Below are positions 17,576 to 27,027 of a stretch of 52,012 bases of DNA, one piece after another. Under the pieces are notes generated by a model. It did no database searches, was not told the DNA's origin, and saw only the letters and a program-made list of their open reading frames with translations. Each line of letters begins with the position of its first letter. Position 1 is the stretch's first letter. The position numbers were made by a program, and so were the translations under genes. Source of the stretch: an uncultured Bacteroidota bacterium (GTDB lineage Bacteria; Bacteroidota; Bacteroidia; Chitinophagales; UBA8649); contig CAKZQD010000137.1 in assembly GCA_937139485.1 (NCBI GenBank), positions 1-52,012 on the forward strand. Direction: 5' to 3'.

Positions 17576-17640
17576 TGGCTTTTCATAGATAAAGCATCAA
17601 ATTTACTTACAATAAAAAATACATTACATTAGCCTTTCCA

Positions 17641-18168
17641 ATGAGCAAAAATAATTTCAAATCAATTTATGATGAATATTCTCAATTGGTATATAATGTA
17701 TGCTTAAATTATTTACAAAATACAGAAGATGCTGAAGATGTAACGCAGGAAGTTTTTGTAAAAATCCACAGAAAATTAGATACTTTCAATCAGCAATCAA
17801 GCCTTAAAACTTGGGTTTATAGAATAGCAATTAATGCTTGTTTAGATTATTTAAAAGCACAAAAAAATAAAAAATCAGTTTTCTTTTCAATTTCTATAAT
17901 GAACAACATTAATGTTTTGCCTGTTATTTCAGATTTTAATCACCCAGGAGTATTATTAGAAAACAAAGAAGCCTTAAAAACACTGTTTGAAAAGATAAAT
18001 ACTTTGCCCGTAAACCAAAAAACAGCTATTATTTTAAAGTCAATAGAAAAACTTTCGCAAAAAGAAATAGCAGAAACTATGAATTTATCTACCAAAGCAG
18101 TAGAGTCATTACTTAGTAGAGCAAGAAAAAATTTAAAAGAAAAATTAAATTCAACGAAGGAAAAGTAA
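17641..18168 (+). CDS. ECF-type RNA polymerase sigma-70 factor
   Basis: 175 aa. Region 2 (DAEDVTQEVFVKIHRKL...SLKTWVYRIAINACLDYLK) and region 4 (LSQKEIAETMNLSTKAVESLLSRARKNLK). Confidence 0.85.
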   Translation: MSKNNFKSIYDEYSQLVYNVCLNYLQNTEDAEDVTQEVFVKIHRKLDTFNQQSSLKTWVYRIAINACLDYLKAQKNKKSVFFSISIMNNINVLPVISDFNHPGVLLENKEALKTLFEKINTLPVNQKTAIILKSIEKLSQKEIAETMNLSTKAVESLLSRARKNLKEKLNSTKEK

Positions 18169-18192
18169 ATTTTAAGCGTCTAAATATATATA

Positions 18193-18468
18193 ATGAAAAA
18201 CACATTAGAAACATTAGAAAAAATTCAAAGAGTAAAAACACCACCGTTTTTATTTACAAGAATAGAAGCTAGAATAAAGGCTATAAACGAAGAAGTTTTT
18301 TCTTTTAAAACAATAGCAGGTTTTGCTTTTACTGTTTTGTTGTTACTTTTTTTAAACATTACAACACTTAAAGTAACTAATAATACAACACAAGCTAAAA
18401 CTTCTGAAATTGAATTAGTTATACAATCTTTTGAATTAAATAAAAACAATCAGCTATATTATGACTAA
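18193..18468 (+). CDS. Single-pass membrane protein, a candidate anti-sigma factor
   Basis: 91 aa with one TM (IAGFAFTVLLLLFLNI). It sits immediately after the ECF sigma gene. The call rests on position only. Confidence 0.4.
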   Translation: MKNTLETLEKIQRVKTPPFLFTRIEARIKAINEEVFSFKTIAGFAFTVLLLLFLNITTLKVTNNTTQAKTSEIELVIQSFELNKNNQLYYD

Positions 18469-18925
18469 AACAAAAGTACTTTATATTGCATTAGCTATAT
18501 TGGTTTTATTAAACCTAGGCTTAATGGGTTTTATGGTTTCCAAAACAAAAAGAAAACATGTTAAAAAGCACCCATTTGAACATTTGAATCCAAAACAAAT
18601 TATCATTAATAAATTGAATTTTAATGAAGCACAAGTAGTTTTGTTTACTGAAGAAATTAAAAAACATAGAAAACAAATTCAAGAAATAGAAACAAAAATT
18701 AAGCAAGAAAAACAAAAGCTGTATAATACATTAATTTCAGAATCACCAGACAAAGATTCATTCATACATACAATTTCATTACTTCAAGCAGATATAGAAT
18801 CTGTACATTACAATCATTTTTTAAATATAAAAGCTATTTGTAAAGACAATCAATTAGAAGAATTTGAAAAACTTACAAAGGAATTAAGTAAAGTTTTTGG
18901 TAATCATAAAAAACCAAAACATTAA
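18461..18925 (+). CDS. Membrane-anchored periplasmic helical protein (Spy/CpxP-like)
   Basis: 154 aa. N-terminal TM followed by a Lys/Glu/Gln-rich helical region. Overlaps the preceding ORF by 8 nt (ATGACTAA). Confidence 0.4.
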   Translation: MTKTKVLYIALAILVLLNLGLMGFMVSKTKRKHVKKHPFEHLNPKQIIINKLNFNEAQVVLFTEEIKKHRKQIQEIETKIKQEKQKLYNTLISESPDKDSFIHTISLLQADIESVHYNHFLNIKAICKDNQLEEFEKLTKELSKVFGNHKKPKH

Positions 18926-18945
18926 TTAGCAGATAACAATAAACC

Positions 18946-20178
18946 TTATTCCTCCTCATTAAAACCCTCATAATCATAGTTTTCTAAATATGTAGCCTTA
19001 TAAGGATAGCGTTCAAGATACAAAGTTTTTATTTGCTCGTAAATCATTTTTCTAAATGCTCCAATATTTTCTTTATTTTGGGCAGATATAAAAATGGCAT
19101 TGTCGTTTGCTTTTGCCATCCAAGTATTTTGAAAGTCGTTGATGAGTTCATCTTTTATTTCAGATTTTAAATTATCGTCAATATTTTTTTTGCGATACAA
19201 ATCCATTTTATTAAAAATTAAAAAAGTAGGTTTATCGTCTGCACCAAGGTCGTGAAGCGTTTGGTTTACAACATTTATTTGGTCTTCAAATTGTGGATGC
19301 GAAATATCTACTACGTGCAGCAAAATATCACTTTCTACAGCTTCATCAAGTGTAGATTTAAAACTTTCTACCAAGTGGTGAGGCAGTTTTCTAATAAACC
19401 CAACAGTATCTGAAAGCAAAAAAGGCACGTGATTTATTACCACTTTTCTCACCGTTGTATCTACAGTAGCAAAAAGTTTATTTTCTGCAAAAACATCAGA
19501 TTTACTCAATAAACGCATAATGGTAGATTTCCCAACATTGGTATAACCCACCAAAGAAACGCGAATCATTCCGTCTCTTGTTTTTCTACGAATTTTATTT
19601 TGTTTATCTATTTGTTTTAGCTTGTTTTTTAGTTTAGTAATATTTGATCTAGCTATACGTCTATCTGTTTCAGATTCTGTTTCTCCAGCACCTTTCATAC
19701 CTACACCACCTTTTACTCTATCAAGGTGACTCCACATACCTCTAAGTCTTGGTAGCATATATTGTTGGTGTGCAAGTTCTACTTGTGTTTTAGCTTGTAC
19801 TGTTTGTGCTCGCAAAGCAAAAATGTACAAAATAAGCATAGCTCTATCCAAAACAGTTACCTCAAGTTCTTTTTCTATATTTCTTAACTGCGATGGACTT
19901 ATTTCATCGTCAAAAACTACAATATCTATACCCTGTGATTTTACAAAAATTTTTATTTCTTCCAGTTTTCCTTTACCTACATAAGAGCGTTTGTCTGGGC
20001 TATGTAGCTTTTGGTAAAAAGTTTCTTCGGTATATATTCCAGCGGTTTCTGCCAAAAATTTTAATTCATCTAAGTGTTCAAACAAAATTTCCTCAGATTC
20101 ACCTGGAGTAATCAGACCAACCAAAACTGCTTTTTGTTCTTGTTTCTTTTGTAGTGCATTATTGTTTTCTAAAAGCAT
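18946..20178 (-). CDS. hflX: GTPase HflX
   Basis: 410 aa. HflX N-domain, then G1 motif GYTNVGKST, then DTVGF and NKMD. Confidence 0.9.
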   Translation of the reverse strand: MLLENNNALQKKQEQKAVLVGLITPGESEEILFEHLDELKFLAETAGIYTEETFYQKLHSPDKRSYVGKGKLEEIKIFVKSQGIDIVVFDDEISPSQLRNIEKELEVTVLDRAMLILYIFALRAQTVQAKTQVELAHQQYMLPRLRGMWSHLDRVKGGVGMKGAGETESETDRRIARSNITKLKNKLKQIDKQNKIRRKTRDGMIRVSLVGYTNVGKSTIMRLLSKSDVFAENKLFATVDTTVRKVVINHVPFLLSDTVGFIRKLPHHLVESFKSTLDEAVESDILLHVVDISHPQFEDQINVVNQTLHDLGADDKPTFLIFNKMDLYRKKNIDDNLKSEIKDELINDFQNTWMAKANDNAIFISAQNKENIGAFRKMIYEQIKTLYLERYPYKATYLENYDYEGFNEEE

Positions 20179-20283
20179 AGTTTGTTTTTATATAAGTTAT
20201 GGCGAAATTATTAATTATTATAGCCTAAAGTCTAATTTTAGCAATAAAATATACAAATTTTAGCATTTTTAAGCTAAATACAA

Positions 20284-20291
20284 TACTTTTG
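20284..20291 (+). promoter_or_regulatory. Candidate -7 box for the CBS-domain gene
   Basis: TACTTTTG lies 22 nt upstream of the ATG at 20314. Confidence 0.3.
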
Positions 20292-20313
20292 CGCTAACTA
20301 AAATTAATTTAAA

Positions 20314-20727
20314 ATGGATAAGAATACACCGATTTCTACAGTTATGACAAAAAAAGTAATAGTTGCAGACTTACACACTAAGTTTACAGACATCATGACT
20401 TTATTTTTAGACTACGGAATTTATCATCTACCTGTAGTTTTTGATAATAAATTGTTAGGAATTTTAAGTTTAACAGATGCTTTAAAGTTTTTCCAAAAAG
20501 AAGCAAATAATATTACAAAAGACGAGCATTTAAATGAACTTTTTGATATGGAAAAAATAATGACTCACAATCCTAAAACACTTTCTGACGAAGCAACAGT
20601 AAAAGATGCTGTTGAGCTTTTGAGTTCTAGCAAATTTAGAGCTGCGCCTGTTGTCAACGTAAAAGGAGAAATTCAAGGAATAATTTCTAATAAAGATTTA
20701 GTAAAAATATTGAACAAAGTTTTATAA
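20314..20727 (+). CDS. CBS-domain pair protein
   Basis: 137 aa with two CBS-like repeats (HHLPVV...LLGILSLTD and RAAPVVNVKGEIQGIISNKDL). Confidence 0.8.
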   Translation: MDKNTPISTVMTKKVIVADLHTKFTDIMTLFLDYGIYHLPVVFDNKLLGILSLTDALKFFQKEANNITKDEHLNELFDMEKIMTHNPKTLSDEATVKDAVELLSSSKFRAAPVVNVKGEIQGIISNKDLVKILNKVL

Positions 20728-20757
20728 TAAACGCTGTTTTTTAAAAAGTAAATAAAA

Positions 20758-20787
20758 AGGCTTGCTATTTATAGTGAGCTTTTTTTA
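20758..20787 (+). terminator. Rho-independent terminator after the CBS gene
   Basis: GGCTTGCTA-TTTA-TAGTGAGC (two G-U wobbles) followed by TTTTTTT. Confidence 0.55.
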
Positions 20788-20861
20788 TGTATTATTGTTG
20801 GTGTAAAAAATCAATAAACTTGTAATAATATTAAAAAAACACTTAAATCAAAAACCAAACA

Positions 20862-21899
20862 TTATGCTGGTTTATATTTACTTTTATTCATTATAGTTTC
20901 TGCAGGTGTTTTTAAAAGTTGTTCTAAAGTAACAGAACCACCAGCGTTTTTCATATAAGCATTAACTATTTGCCAACCAACCCAAGAGCCTACATTTCCA
21001 GGAGCTTCTTTAGGCATTCCAGCTGTTCTTGGTCCATCATCTATGTGTTTTTTGTGTTCTATGTAGCTTTTGCTATAAAACAAATCTTTTTCGTTATAAA
21101 AAGCCCAAATATCACTTTCAGAAGCATTGCACCAAGCAAGTTGTTCTGGAGAATAACCTATAAGAAAATGTTTTTCCTTTTCGGGCAGCATAGATTCTAA
21201 AAAATAAAGTTTTTTTCCTTTCTCTATCATTTCATACACCAAAGCACTTGTTTCTTCTAGTTCATTTCTACCAAAATGTTGTAGATATAAAACCTCCATA
21301 GCGTTTGGAGCAATATATTGTGGCGCAAAACGAGCTATTTTATAAGAAGGAAAATCTATACTTCTATAAATACTAAAGTCTTTGCCCATAAACATATCTA
21401 AAGCTAAAACCAATGTTGCTGAATCAAAAGTAACAGCATTATAACCAAATTCAGAAACAACAGAATATACTTTTGGAATTGCTAAGTTTGGAAAATAATG
21501 TTCAAAATATTTCATTGCCTCCGTTAGCTCTTGTTCAATAGACTTTATGTTTTCAAACTTTATACTTACGCTATCGTGTAGGTTTCTTACATCTTTATTG
21601 GTCAAAAATTCACGAATATACTTTGTAGTAACAGAAGGCGTGTCTGTAATTCTTCCAAAACGCATCATTTGAATAGTGTAAGAATCAAAAAATAAAGAAT
21701 CTTCACTTCTCAAAGATTTAAGCGAAGAAATTATATTATTTGTATCTATTGTTTCAAACTTTTTTTCAAACCTATTAAGTTTAATCTCTAAATTAGAACT
21801 ACTTAGGTCTAATATTTTATTATTTTTGTAAAAGTCGCATTGAGCTAGCAAAAACAATAAAAACAACAATGCAATAAAATGATGATATTTTTGATTCAT
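20862..21899 (-). CDS. gldB: Gliding-motility lipoprotein GldB-like
   Basis: 345 aa. Lipobox LLAQC. Carries the N-terminal RFEKKF motif and the C-terminal PGNVGSWVGWQIVNAYMKN as I recall them from GldB. nadE lies nearby, as in other flavobacteria. Confidence 0.6.
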   Translation of the reverse strand: MNQKYHHFIALLFLLFLLAQCDFYKNNKILDLSSSNLEIKLNRFEKKFETIDTNNIISSLKSLRSEDSLFFDSYTIQMMRFGRITDTPSVTTKYIREFLTNKDVRNLHDSVSIKFENIKSIEQELTEAMKYFEHYFPNLAIPKVYSVVSEFGYNAVTFDSATLVLALDMFMGKDFSIYRSIDFPSYKIARFAPQYIAPNAMEVLYLQHFGRNELEETSALVYEMIEKGKKLYFLESMLPEKEKHFLIGYSPEQLAWCNASESDIWAFYNEKDLFYSKSYIEHKKHIDDGPRTAGMPKEAPGNVGSWVGWQIVNAYMKNAGGSVTLEQLLKTPAETIMNKSKYKPA

Positions 21900-21953
21900 A
21901 ATTTAAAAATTTATAAAGCGAATTAGCTTACACAACTACAAAACTAATAACAA

Positions 21954-22676
21954 ATGAAAAAAATTGCATCAATACTTACAATTTTACTTTTTTTAACCAA
22001 TGCAAATGCACAAGAGTTAAGAAATTTTAGGTTTGGTTTAGTGTTTTCAAACGCTATTATGTTTCCAGCTTCAGACAATGTAGATCTTAAAAGTAAGCCT
22101 TCTTATGGATTTGATTATGGTTTAAGTATAGACTATTTTTTTACCGATAATTATGCAATTAGTTCTGGAATATATATGGATCACCCCATTTATGCAAGAA
22201 GCGGAACATTAGAAAACAATTTTTCTTTTAGCGCAGCATCAGATTCTGCTTTTGCATTGGCAAAAGGTATAAATAGTTCTACTATAGGCAATAACGAAAA
22301 AATTACCTCTATGAATTTAAATGTTCCAGTTTCGTTTAAGCTTAAAACAAACGAAATTGGTTATTTTAAATATTTTGGAGATGTAGGAATATTAAATTCA
22401 TTTAGAATACAAAGCAGATATTCTCTAAAAGGAACAGATATTCAAAAAATTAGGTTTGGAAAAGAAAATGCAGAATTTAATGCAATAAATTATCATACAA
22501 AAACCTACAATTTTAGTTTAAAAATAGGTGGCGGCATAGAATGGACAATAAGCGATAACACAGCACTTTTAGTAGGACTTTATTTTTACAACGGCTTTAT
22601 AGATTATATAGAAGACAATGATGCAAAAGCTACTTATATAAGAAAACTAAGTTTAAGAACAGGAATATTGTTTTAA
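21954..22676 (+). CDS. Outer-membrane beta-barrel (porin-family) protein
   Basis: 240 aa. Signal peptide ...LTNANAQE, alternating strands and a terminal ...RTGILF. Confidence 0.6.
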   Translation: MKKIASILTILLFLTNANAQELRNFRFGLVFSNAIMFPASDNVDLKSKPSYGFDYGLSIDYFFTDNYAISSGIYMDHPIYARSGTLENNFSFSAASDSAFALAKGINSSTIGNNEKITSMNLNVPVSFKLKTNEIGYFKYFGDVGILNSFRIQSRYSLKGTDIQKIRFGKENAEFNAINYHTKTYNFSLKIGGGIEWTISDNTALLVGLYFYNGFIDYIEDNDAKATYIRKLSLRTGILF

Positions 22677-22794
22677 AATCTGCTTAGTCATTTCTGCGTT
22701 TGTTATAATTTCTCAAGCATAAAAAAAACCTAAACTTTTTTATAAAATAGCGCAGCATCTGTTTTACAATTAATTATATAAAGCTTTTAGAAAT

Positions 22795-24429
22795 ATGAAA
22801 ATAGCATTAGCACAACTAAACCTACACATAGGTAATTTCGATTATAATTTCAATAAGATAAAAGAAGCCGTTTTAGATGCAAAAAAAGCTGGTGCAGAAC
22901 TTATTTTGTTTCCAGAATTAACAACTTGCGCATATCCACCAAGAGATTTTTTGGAATTTTCTGACTTTATAAATAGATCTAACCAAGTTATAGAAAAAAC
23001 CAAGCAACTTGCCGATGGAATAGCAATAGTTATAGGTGCGCCATCAGAAAACCCTGTTGTAGAAGGAAAAGATTTATTCAATTCTGCATATTTTTTGGCA
23101 GAAAAAAAAGTGCTTCAAGTTATACACAAAACGCTGCTACCAACTTACGATGTTTTTGATGAATACAGATATTTTGAACCAAATAATGAATTTAACCTAG
23201 TAAACTGGAATGGTTACAAAATAGCTGTAACGGTTTGTGAAGATATTTGGAATTTGAATAACGAAAATCCTTTGTACAAAATAAATCCAATGGACGAGTT
23301 GGCAAAGCAAAAACCAGATTTTATTCTGAATCTTTCTGCATCGCCGTTTCATTCTAAGCAAGCAGATGCACGTAAAAACATAGTAAGAGAAAATGCCAAA
23401 ACTTTTGGAATACCATTGTTTTATGCAAACCACTGTGGCGCACAAACAGAACTAATTTTTGATGGCGGTTCGCTAGTTGCAAACAGCAAAGGAGAAATAG
23501 TTTCTGAATTGCCATACTTTTTAGAATGTATAGAAATTATAGATTTTAAAGAAGTAGAAAGTTTAGTACCAATAGAGCAAAAAACTATAGAAATAGAAAG
23601 AATACACGATGCCTTAGTAGTTGGAATTAAAGATTATTTCAATAAACTAGGTTTTAAAAAAGCAATTCTTGGCTTATCTGGTGGAATAGATTCTGCGCTA
23701 GTTTTAGCTTTGGCTGTAAAAGCATTAGGGAAAGACAATGTACTTTCTGTAATGTTGCCATCGCAATATTCTTCAGATCACTCTATAAATGATTCGCTGG
23801 AATTGGTAGATAATTTGGGTTCGCCATATAAAAAAATAAGTATAGAAGACGCATATTTTGCAGTAGAAAATACTTTGCAAGCACACTTTGAAAACAAAAA
23901 ACCAAACGTAGCAGAAGAAAATATACAAGCAAGGCTGCGTGCAGTAATTTTGATGGGTTTATCTAATAAAGACGGCTATATATTATTAAATACTTCAAAC
24001 AAAAGTGAAGCCGCAGTTGGTTATGGAACACTTTACGGCGATATGGCAGGCGGAATTTCTGTAATAGGAGATTTATACAAAATACAAGTAGTAGAACTGT
24101 GTAAATATATAAATAGAAACGAAGAAATTATTCCTACAAACATTATTACAAAACCACCAAGCGCAGAGCTTCGACCAGACCAAAAAGATTCAGATTCGCT
24201 GCCGCCTTATGAAATACTAGACGAAGTATTATTTCAATACATAGAACAGCGCAAAGGACCAAAAGAAATAATAGCAATGGGTTTTGACGAAGCCTTAGTA
24301 AAGCGAATTTTACTAATGGTAAACCGAAACGAATGGAAACGCCACCAAACAGCACCAGTTTTGAGAGTTTCTGCCAAAGCATTTGGAATGGGAAGAAGAA
24401 TGCCTATAGTTGGGAAGTATTTGGAATAG
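22795..24429 (+). CDS. nadE: Glutamine-dependent NAD+ synthetase
   Basis: 544 aa. N-terminal nitrilase/CN-hydrolase domain (FPELTTCAYPPRD, VCEDIW) and a C-terminal synthetase domain with the SGGIDS PP-loop. Confidence 0.9.
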   Translation: MKIALAQLNLHIGNFDYNFNKIKEAVLDAKKAGAELILFPELTTCAYPPRDFLEFSDFINRSNQVIEKTKQLADGIAIVIGAPSENPVVEGKDLFNSAYFLAEKKVLQVIHKTLLPTYDVFDEYRYFEPNNEFNLVNWNGYKIAVTVCEDIWNLNNENPLYKINPMDELAKQKPDFILNLSASPFHSKQADARKNIVRENAKTFGIPLFYANHCGAQTELIFDGGSLVANSKGEIVSELPYFLECIEIIDFKEVESLVPIEQKTIEIERIHDALVVGIKDYFNKLGFKKAILGLSGGIDSALVLALAVKALGKDNVLSVMLPSQYSSDHSINDSLELVDNLGSPYKKISIEDAYFAVENTLQAHFENKKPNVAEENIQARLRAVILMGLSNKDGYILLNTSNKSEAAVGYGTLYGDMAGGISVIGDLYKIQVVELCKYINRNEEIIPTNIITKPPSAELRPDQKDSDSLPPYEILDEVLFQYIEQRKGPKEIIAMGFDEALVKRILLMVNRNEWKRHQTAPVLRVSAKAFGMGRRMPIVGKYLE

Positions 24430-24502
24430 GTTTTTGATAGTTTGCTTATATTATTTGTGTTTATTAGATAGGTAATTTTTCCATAGGCTGTATTTTTTGT
24501 TG

Positions 24503-24510
24503 TACATTTG
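24503..24510 (+). promoter_or_regulatory. Candidate -7 box for the ATPase/RloB operon
   Basis: TACATTTG lies 21 nt upstream of the ATG at 24532. Confidence 0.35.
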
Positions 24511-24531
24511 CAATAAACTAAATAATTAGAT

Positions 24532-25839
24532 ATGATTATTGACTTTTCGGTTAAAAATTTTAGATCTTTAAAAGAAGAAAATCTATTTACTATGCGTGCT
24601 GATTCAAGTACTAGTAAATCTGACAATACTTTTATAGTAAAATTAAAAGATGATAAAGAGATAAAACTTCTTAAAACTTCTGTTGTATATGGTGCTAATG
24701 CAAGTGGTAAGAGTAATTTCATAAAAAGTTTGTATGCTTTAAAGTGGCTTATAACAAATTCTATGGATTTTAAAGTTGGAGAAGATATTGATTGCTATGA
24801 GCCATTTGAATTAGATGTAAACACTAAAAATGATTCTGTTTTATATTCTATAACTTTTATATTAAACAAGGTTAAGTATAACTACGAAGTAGCTGTTAAA
24901 GAAAATTGTATAGAAAGCGAAATATTAGATTATTATCCTAAAGGTTCATCAGCTAATTTATTTAAAAGGTTTGGTAATAATAATAACAAAGAAGATTTTG
25001 TAGAAGTTAGTTTAGGAAAAAACTTAATTGATAAGAGGATTTCAAAAAAAGTATTTGATAATCAATTGTACCTGTCAAAATTTGGATCGGATACACCACA
25101 TGAACAACTTACAGAAATCTATAAATACTTTAAAGATTTTGAGGTTTGGAATGCTTTAAATTCAAGAGATGTAAATAAATTAAGTAAGGATATATCTAAA
25201 AAAATAGCAAATCCTATTAATAATAAATTTAACAATAGGTTGAGCAAGTTAATTAGGATTGCTGATACAAAAATAGAAAAATTAAATGCTAAAGAATTAA
25301 AAAAAAATGACTTTAATCTTCCTGAGGAAATTCCTGATGATATAAAAAATAGATTTTTTGAAGATAACAAATTAAGAACTTTTGCTATTCATAAGTTGTA
25401 TAATAATAAAAAAGAAGTTGATTTTGTTGAGTTTGATTTAAATAAAAAAGAATCAAAAGGTACAAAAGTTCTATTTGCTCTAGGTGGAATAATTTTAGAA
25501 GCACTAGAAAATGGAGGCATTGTAGTTTTTGATGAGTTAGATAATAGTTTACACCCAAAGCTCTGTAAATTTTTGATAAGGTTATTTAATAATTCAATTA
25601 GTAACCCTAATAATGCACAATTAATCTTTGCTACACACGAAGTTACGCTATTAGATAAAGATGTTTTTAGAAAAGATCAGATTTGGTTTACTGAGAAAGA
25701 TAAATATGGAGAAACAGAACTTTTTTCTGCTAGAGATGTTGAAGGACTGAGAGATAGTACAAATTTTGAATTATGGTATAGAACAGGAAAATTTGGTGGA
25801 AACCCAAAGATTAAGGAAGTTGAATTTATTTTTGAATAA
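24532..25839 (+). CDS. AAA_21/ABC-type ATPase (AbiLi-like, OLD-ATPase-like)
   Basis: 435 aa. Starts MIIDFSVKNFRSLKE. Walker A GANASGKSN, Walker B IVVFDELDNSLHP, then FATHE, with tail DQIWFTEKD...WYRTGKFGGNP. Confidence 0.8.
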   Translation: MIIDFSVKNFRSLKEENLFTMRADSSTSKSDNTFIVKLKDDKEIKLLKTSVVYGANASGKSNFIKSLYALKWLITNSMDFKVGEDIDCYEPFELDVNTKNDSVLYSITFILNKVKYNYEVAVKENCIESEILDYYPKGSSANLFKRFGNNNNKEDFVEVSLGKNLIDKRISKKVFDNQLYLSKFGSDTPHEQLTEIYKYFKDFEVWNALNSRDVNKLSKDISKKIANPINNKFNNRLSKLIRIADTKIEKLNAKELKKNDFNLPEEIPDDIKNRFFEDNKLRTFAIHKLYNNKKEVDFVEFDLNKKESKGTKVLFALGGIILEALENGGIVVFDELDNSLHPKLCKFLIRLFNNSISNPNNAQLIFATHEVTLLDKDVFRKDQIWFTEKDKYGETELFSARDVEGLRDSTNFELWYRTGKFGGNPKIKEVEFIFE

Positions 25840-26750
25840 TGAAAAAAAGAAGAAAAAGAGTTCCTCCTAAAACAATTTTCATAGCTTGTGAAGGTAAGAA
25901 TACTGAGCCTATTTATTTTGAAAGAATTAAAGAGCAGATAGAAGATGATAATATTTTCGCTTTAACAATTTATCCTGATAGAGATAATGATAGTCATAAA
26001 TCAGACCCAATTGGTTTAATTAAAGAAGCACAAAAAAGAATAAATTATTTTGATGAAGTTTGGGTAGTGTATGATAAGGACGGTTATACTAAGCACAAAG
26101 AAGCTTTAGCTCTTGCTCAAAATGAAATTTGTGATAAAGTCGTAAATATAGCTTTTTCAAGTATTTCTTTTGAGCATTGGGTTTTATTGCATTTTGAAAA
26201 AAATGCAGAGTCGTTTAATAAATCACAAGAAATAATAGATCAAAAATTTATTACGAATGAAAACTATTTTCCTTCATATTCCAAAAGAGGTGATATAGAT
26301 ATATATCCAAAAATTAAAGATTTAACAAATACAGCTTTAGAGAATACAGCTTGGTTGCGTTATATCAAAAAAGCAGATATTAATTCAAATCCAATTTTTG
26401 ATGTTAATCCATTTACTGATGTTGATGTTTTGGTGAAAAAATTATTTAATATTGATGAAAACATAAGTTATTACTTAATAGGGGATATTATGTCTTTTGA
26501 TGATGTAAATATCAAAGCAACTTATGTTAATGGAGAGCTTAATTTTGAAATTAATAATGCCTCATTGAATGCAATCGTATTGAATGAAATTCAATTTTCA
26601 GTTGTTGAAAATGATTTAGAAAAGTCACTTATCTTTGATAATCAAGTGTTAATGCCAAATATATCAATTCATGTTGAAGTGGTTGAATCAGATTTTTCAA
26701 AAGTCGTTATAAGGTTTAGAAATAATAGATTTGTCGTAGTTCTGGAGTAA
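25839..26750 (+). CDS. RloB-like (Toprim-related, AbiLii-like) protein with a C-terminal extension
   Basis: 303 aa. Motifs IFIACEGKNTEPIYF, VWVVYDKDG and FSSISFEHWVLLHF as in the RloB family. Its start overlaps the ATPase stop (TAATG). Residues from about 195 to 303 are unassigned. Confidence 0.75.
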   Translation: MKKRRKRVPPKTIFIACEGKNTEPIYFERIKEQIEDDNIFALTIYPDRDNDSHKSDPIGLIKEAQKRINYFDEVWVVYDKDGYTKHKEALALAQNEICDKVVNIAFSSISFEHWVLLHFEKNAESFNKSQEIIDQKFITNENYFPSYSKRGDIDIYPKIKDLTNTALENTAWLRYIKKADINSNPIFDVNPFTDVDVLVKKLFNIDENISYYLIGDIMSFDDVNIKATYVNGELNFEINNASLNAIVLNEIQFSVVENDLEKSLIFDNQVLMPNISIHVEVVESDFSKVVIRFRNNRFVVVLE

Positions 26751-26986
26751 TTAATATCATCTATAATGTAAACAGCGACTCAGTATGTTTTATATTGTGT
26801 AATAAAAAACATTTAAATGTCAACTCAATCTGCTTAGCTAAAAAAATTCTACACTTCCTTTGCTTTAGCCTATTTTAGGTTACTGTCTAGATTTAAGCAT
26901 AAACAAAACCCGATAAACGTGATTTTTGTAATTGTAACGTATTTAAAAAAGAATTTATTTTCTTATATAATTTATTCAATAACACT

Positions 26987-27027
26987 GCTTTTCATTTCTA
27001 TTATTTAAAAAATGAAAAGTTTTATTT
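26987..27027. terminator. Hairpin between the convergent RloB and EEP genes, a possible terminator
   Basis: CTTTTCATTT-(12 nt)-AAATGAAAAG followed by TTTTATTT on the plus strand. The stem is AT-rich. Confidence 0.3.

Noticed and set aside
24234-24722. 162-aa minus-strand ORF spanning the nadE 3' end, the intergenic gap and the ATPase 5' end
   Set aside because: It is antisense to two well-supported genes, has a low-complexity composition and carries no motif. It is a typical AT-rich shadow ORF.
22678-26837. 11-mer AATCTGCTTAG found both upstream of nadE and downstream of the RloB gene, considered as a possible island boundary
   Set aside because: An 11-nt match is expected many times by chance in 52 kb of AT-rich DNA. 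It would also place the housekeeping nadE gene inside the supposed island.
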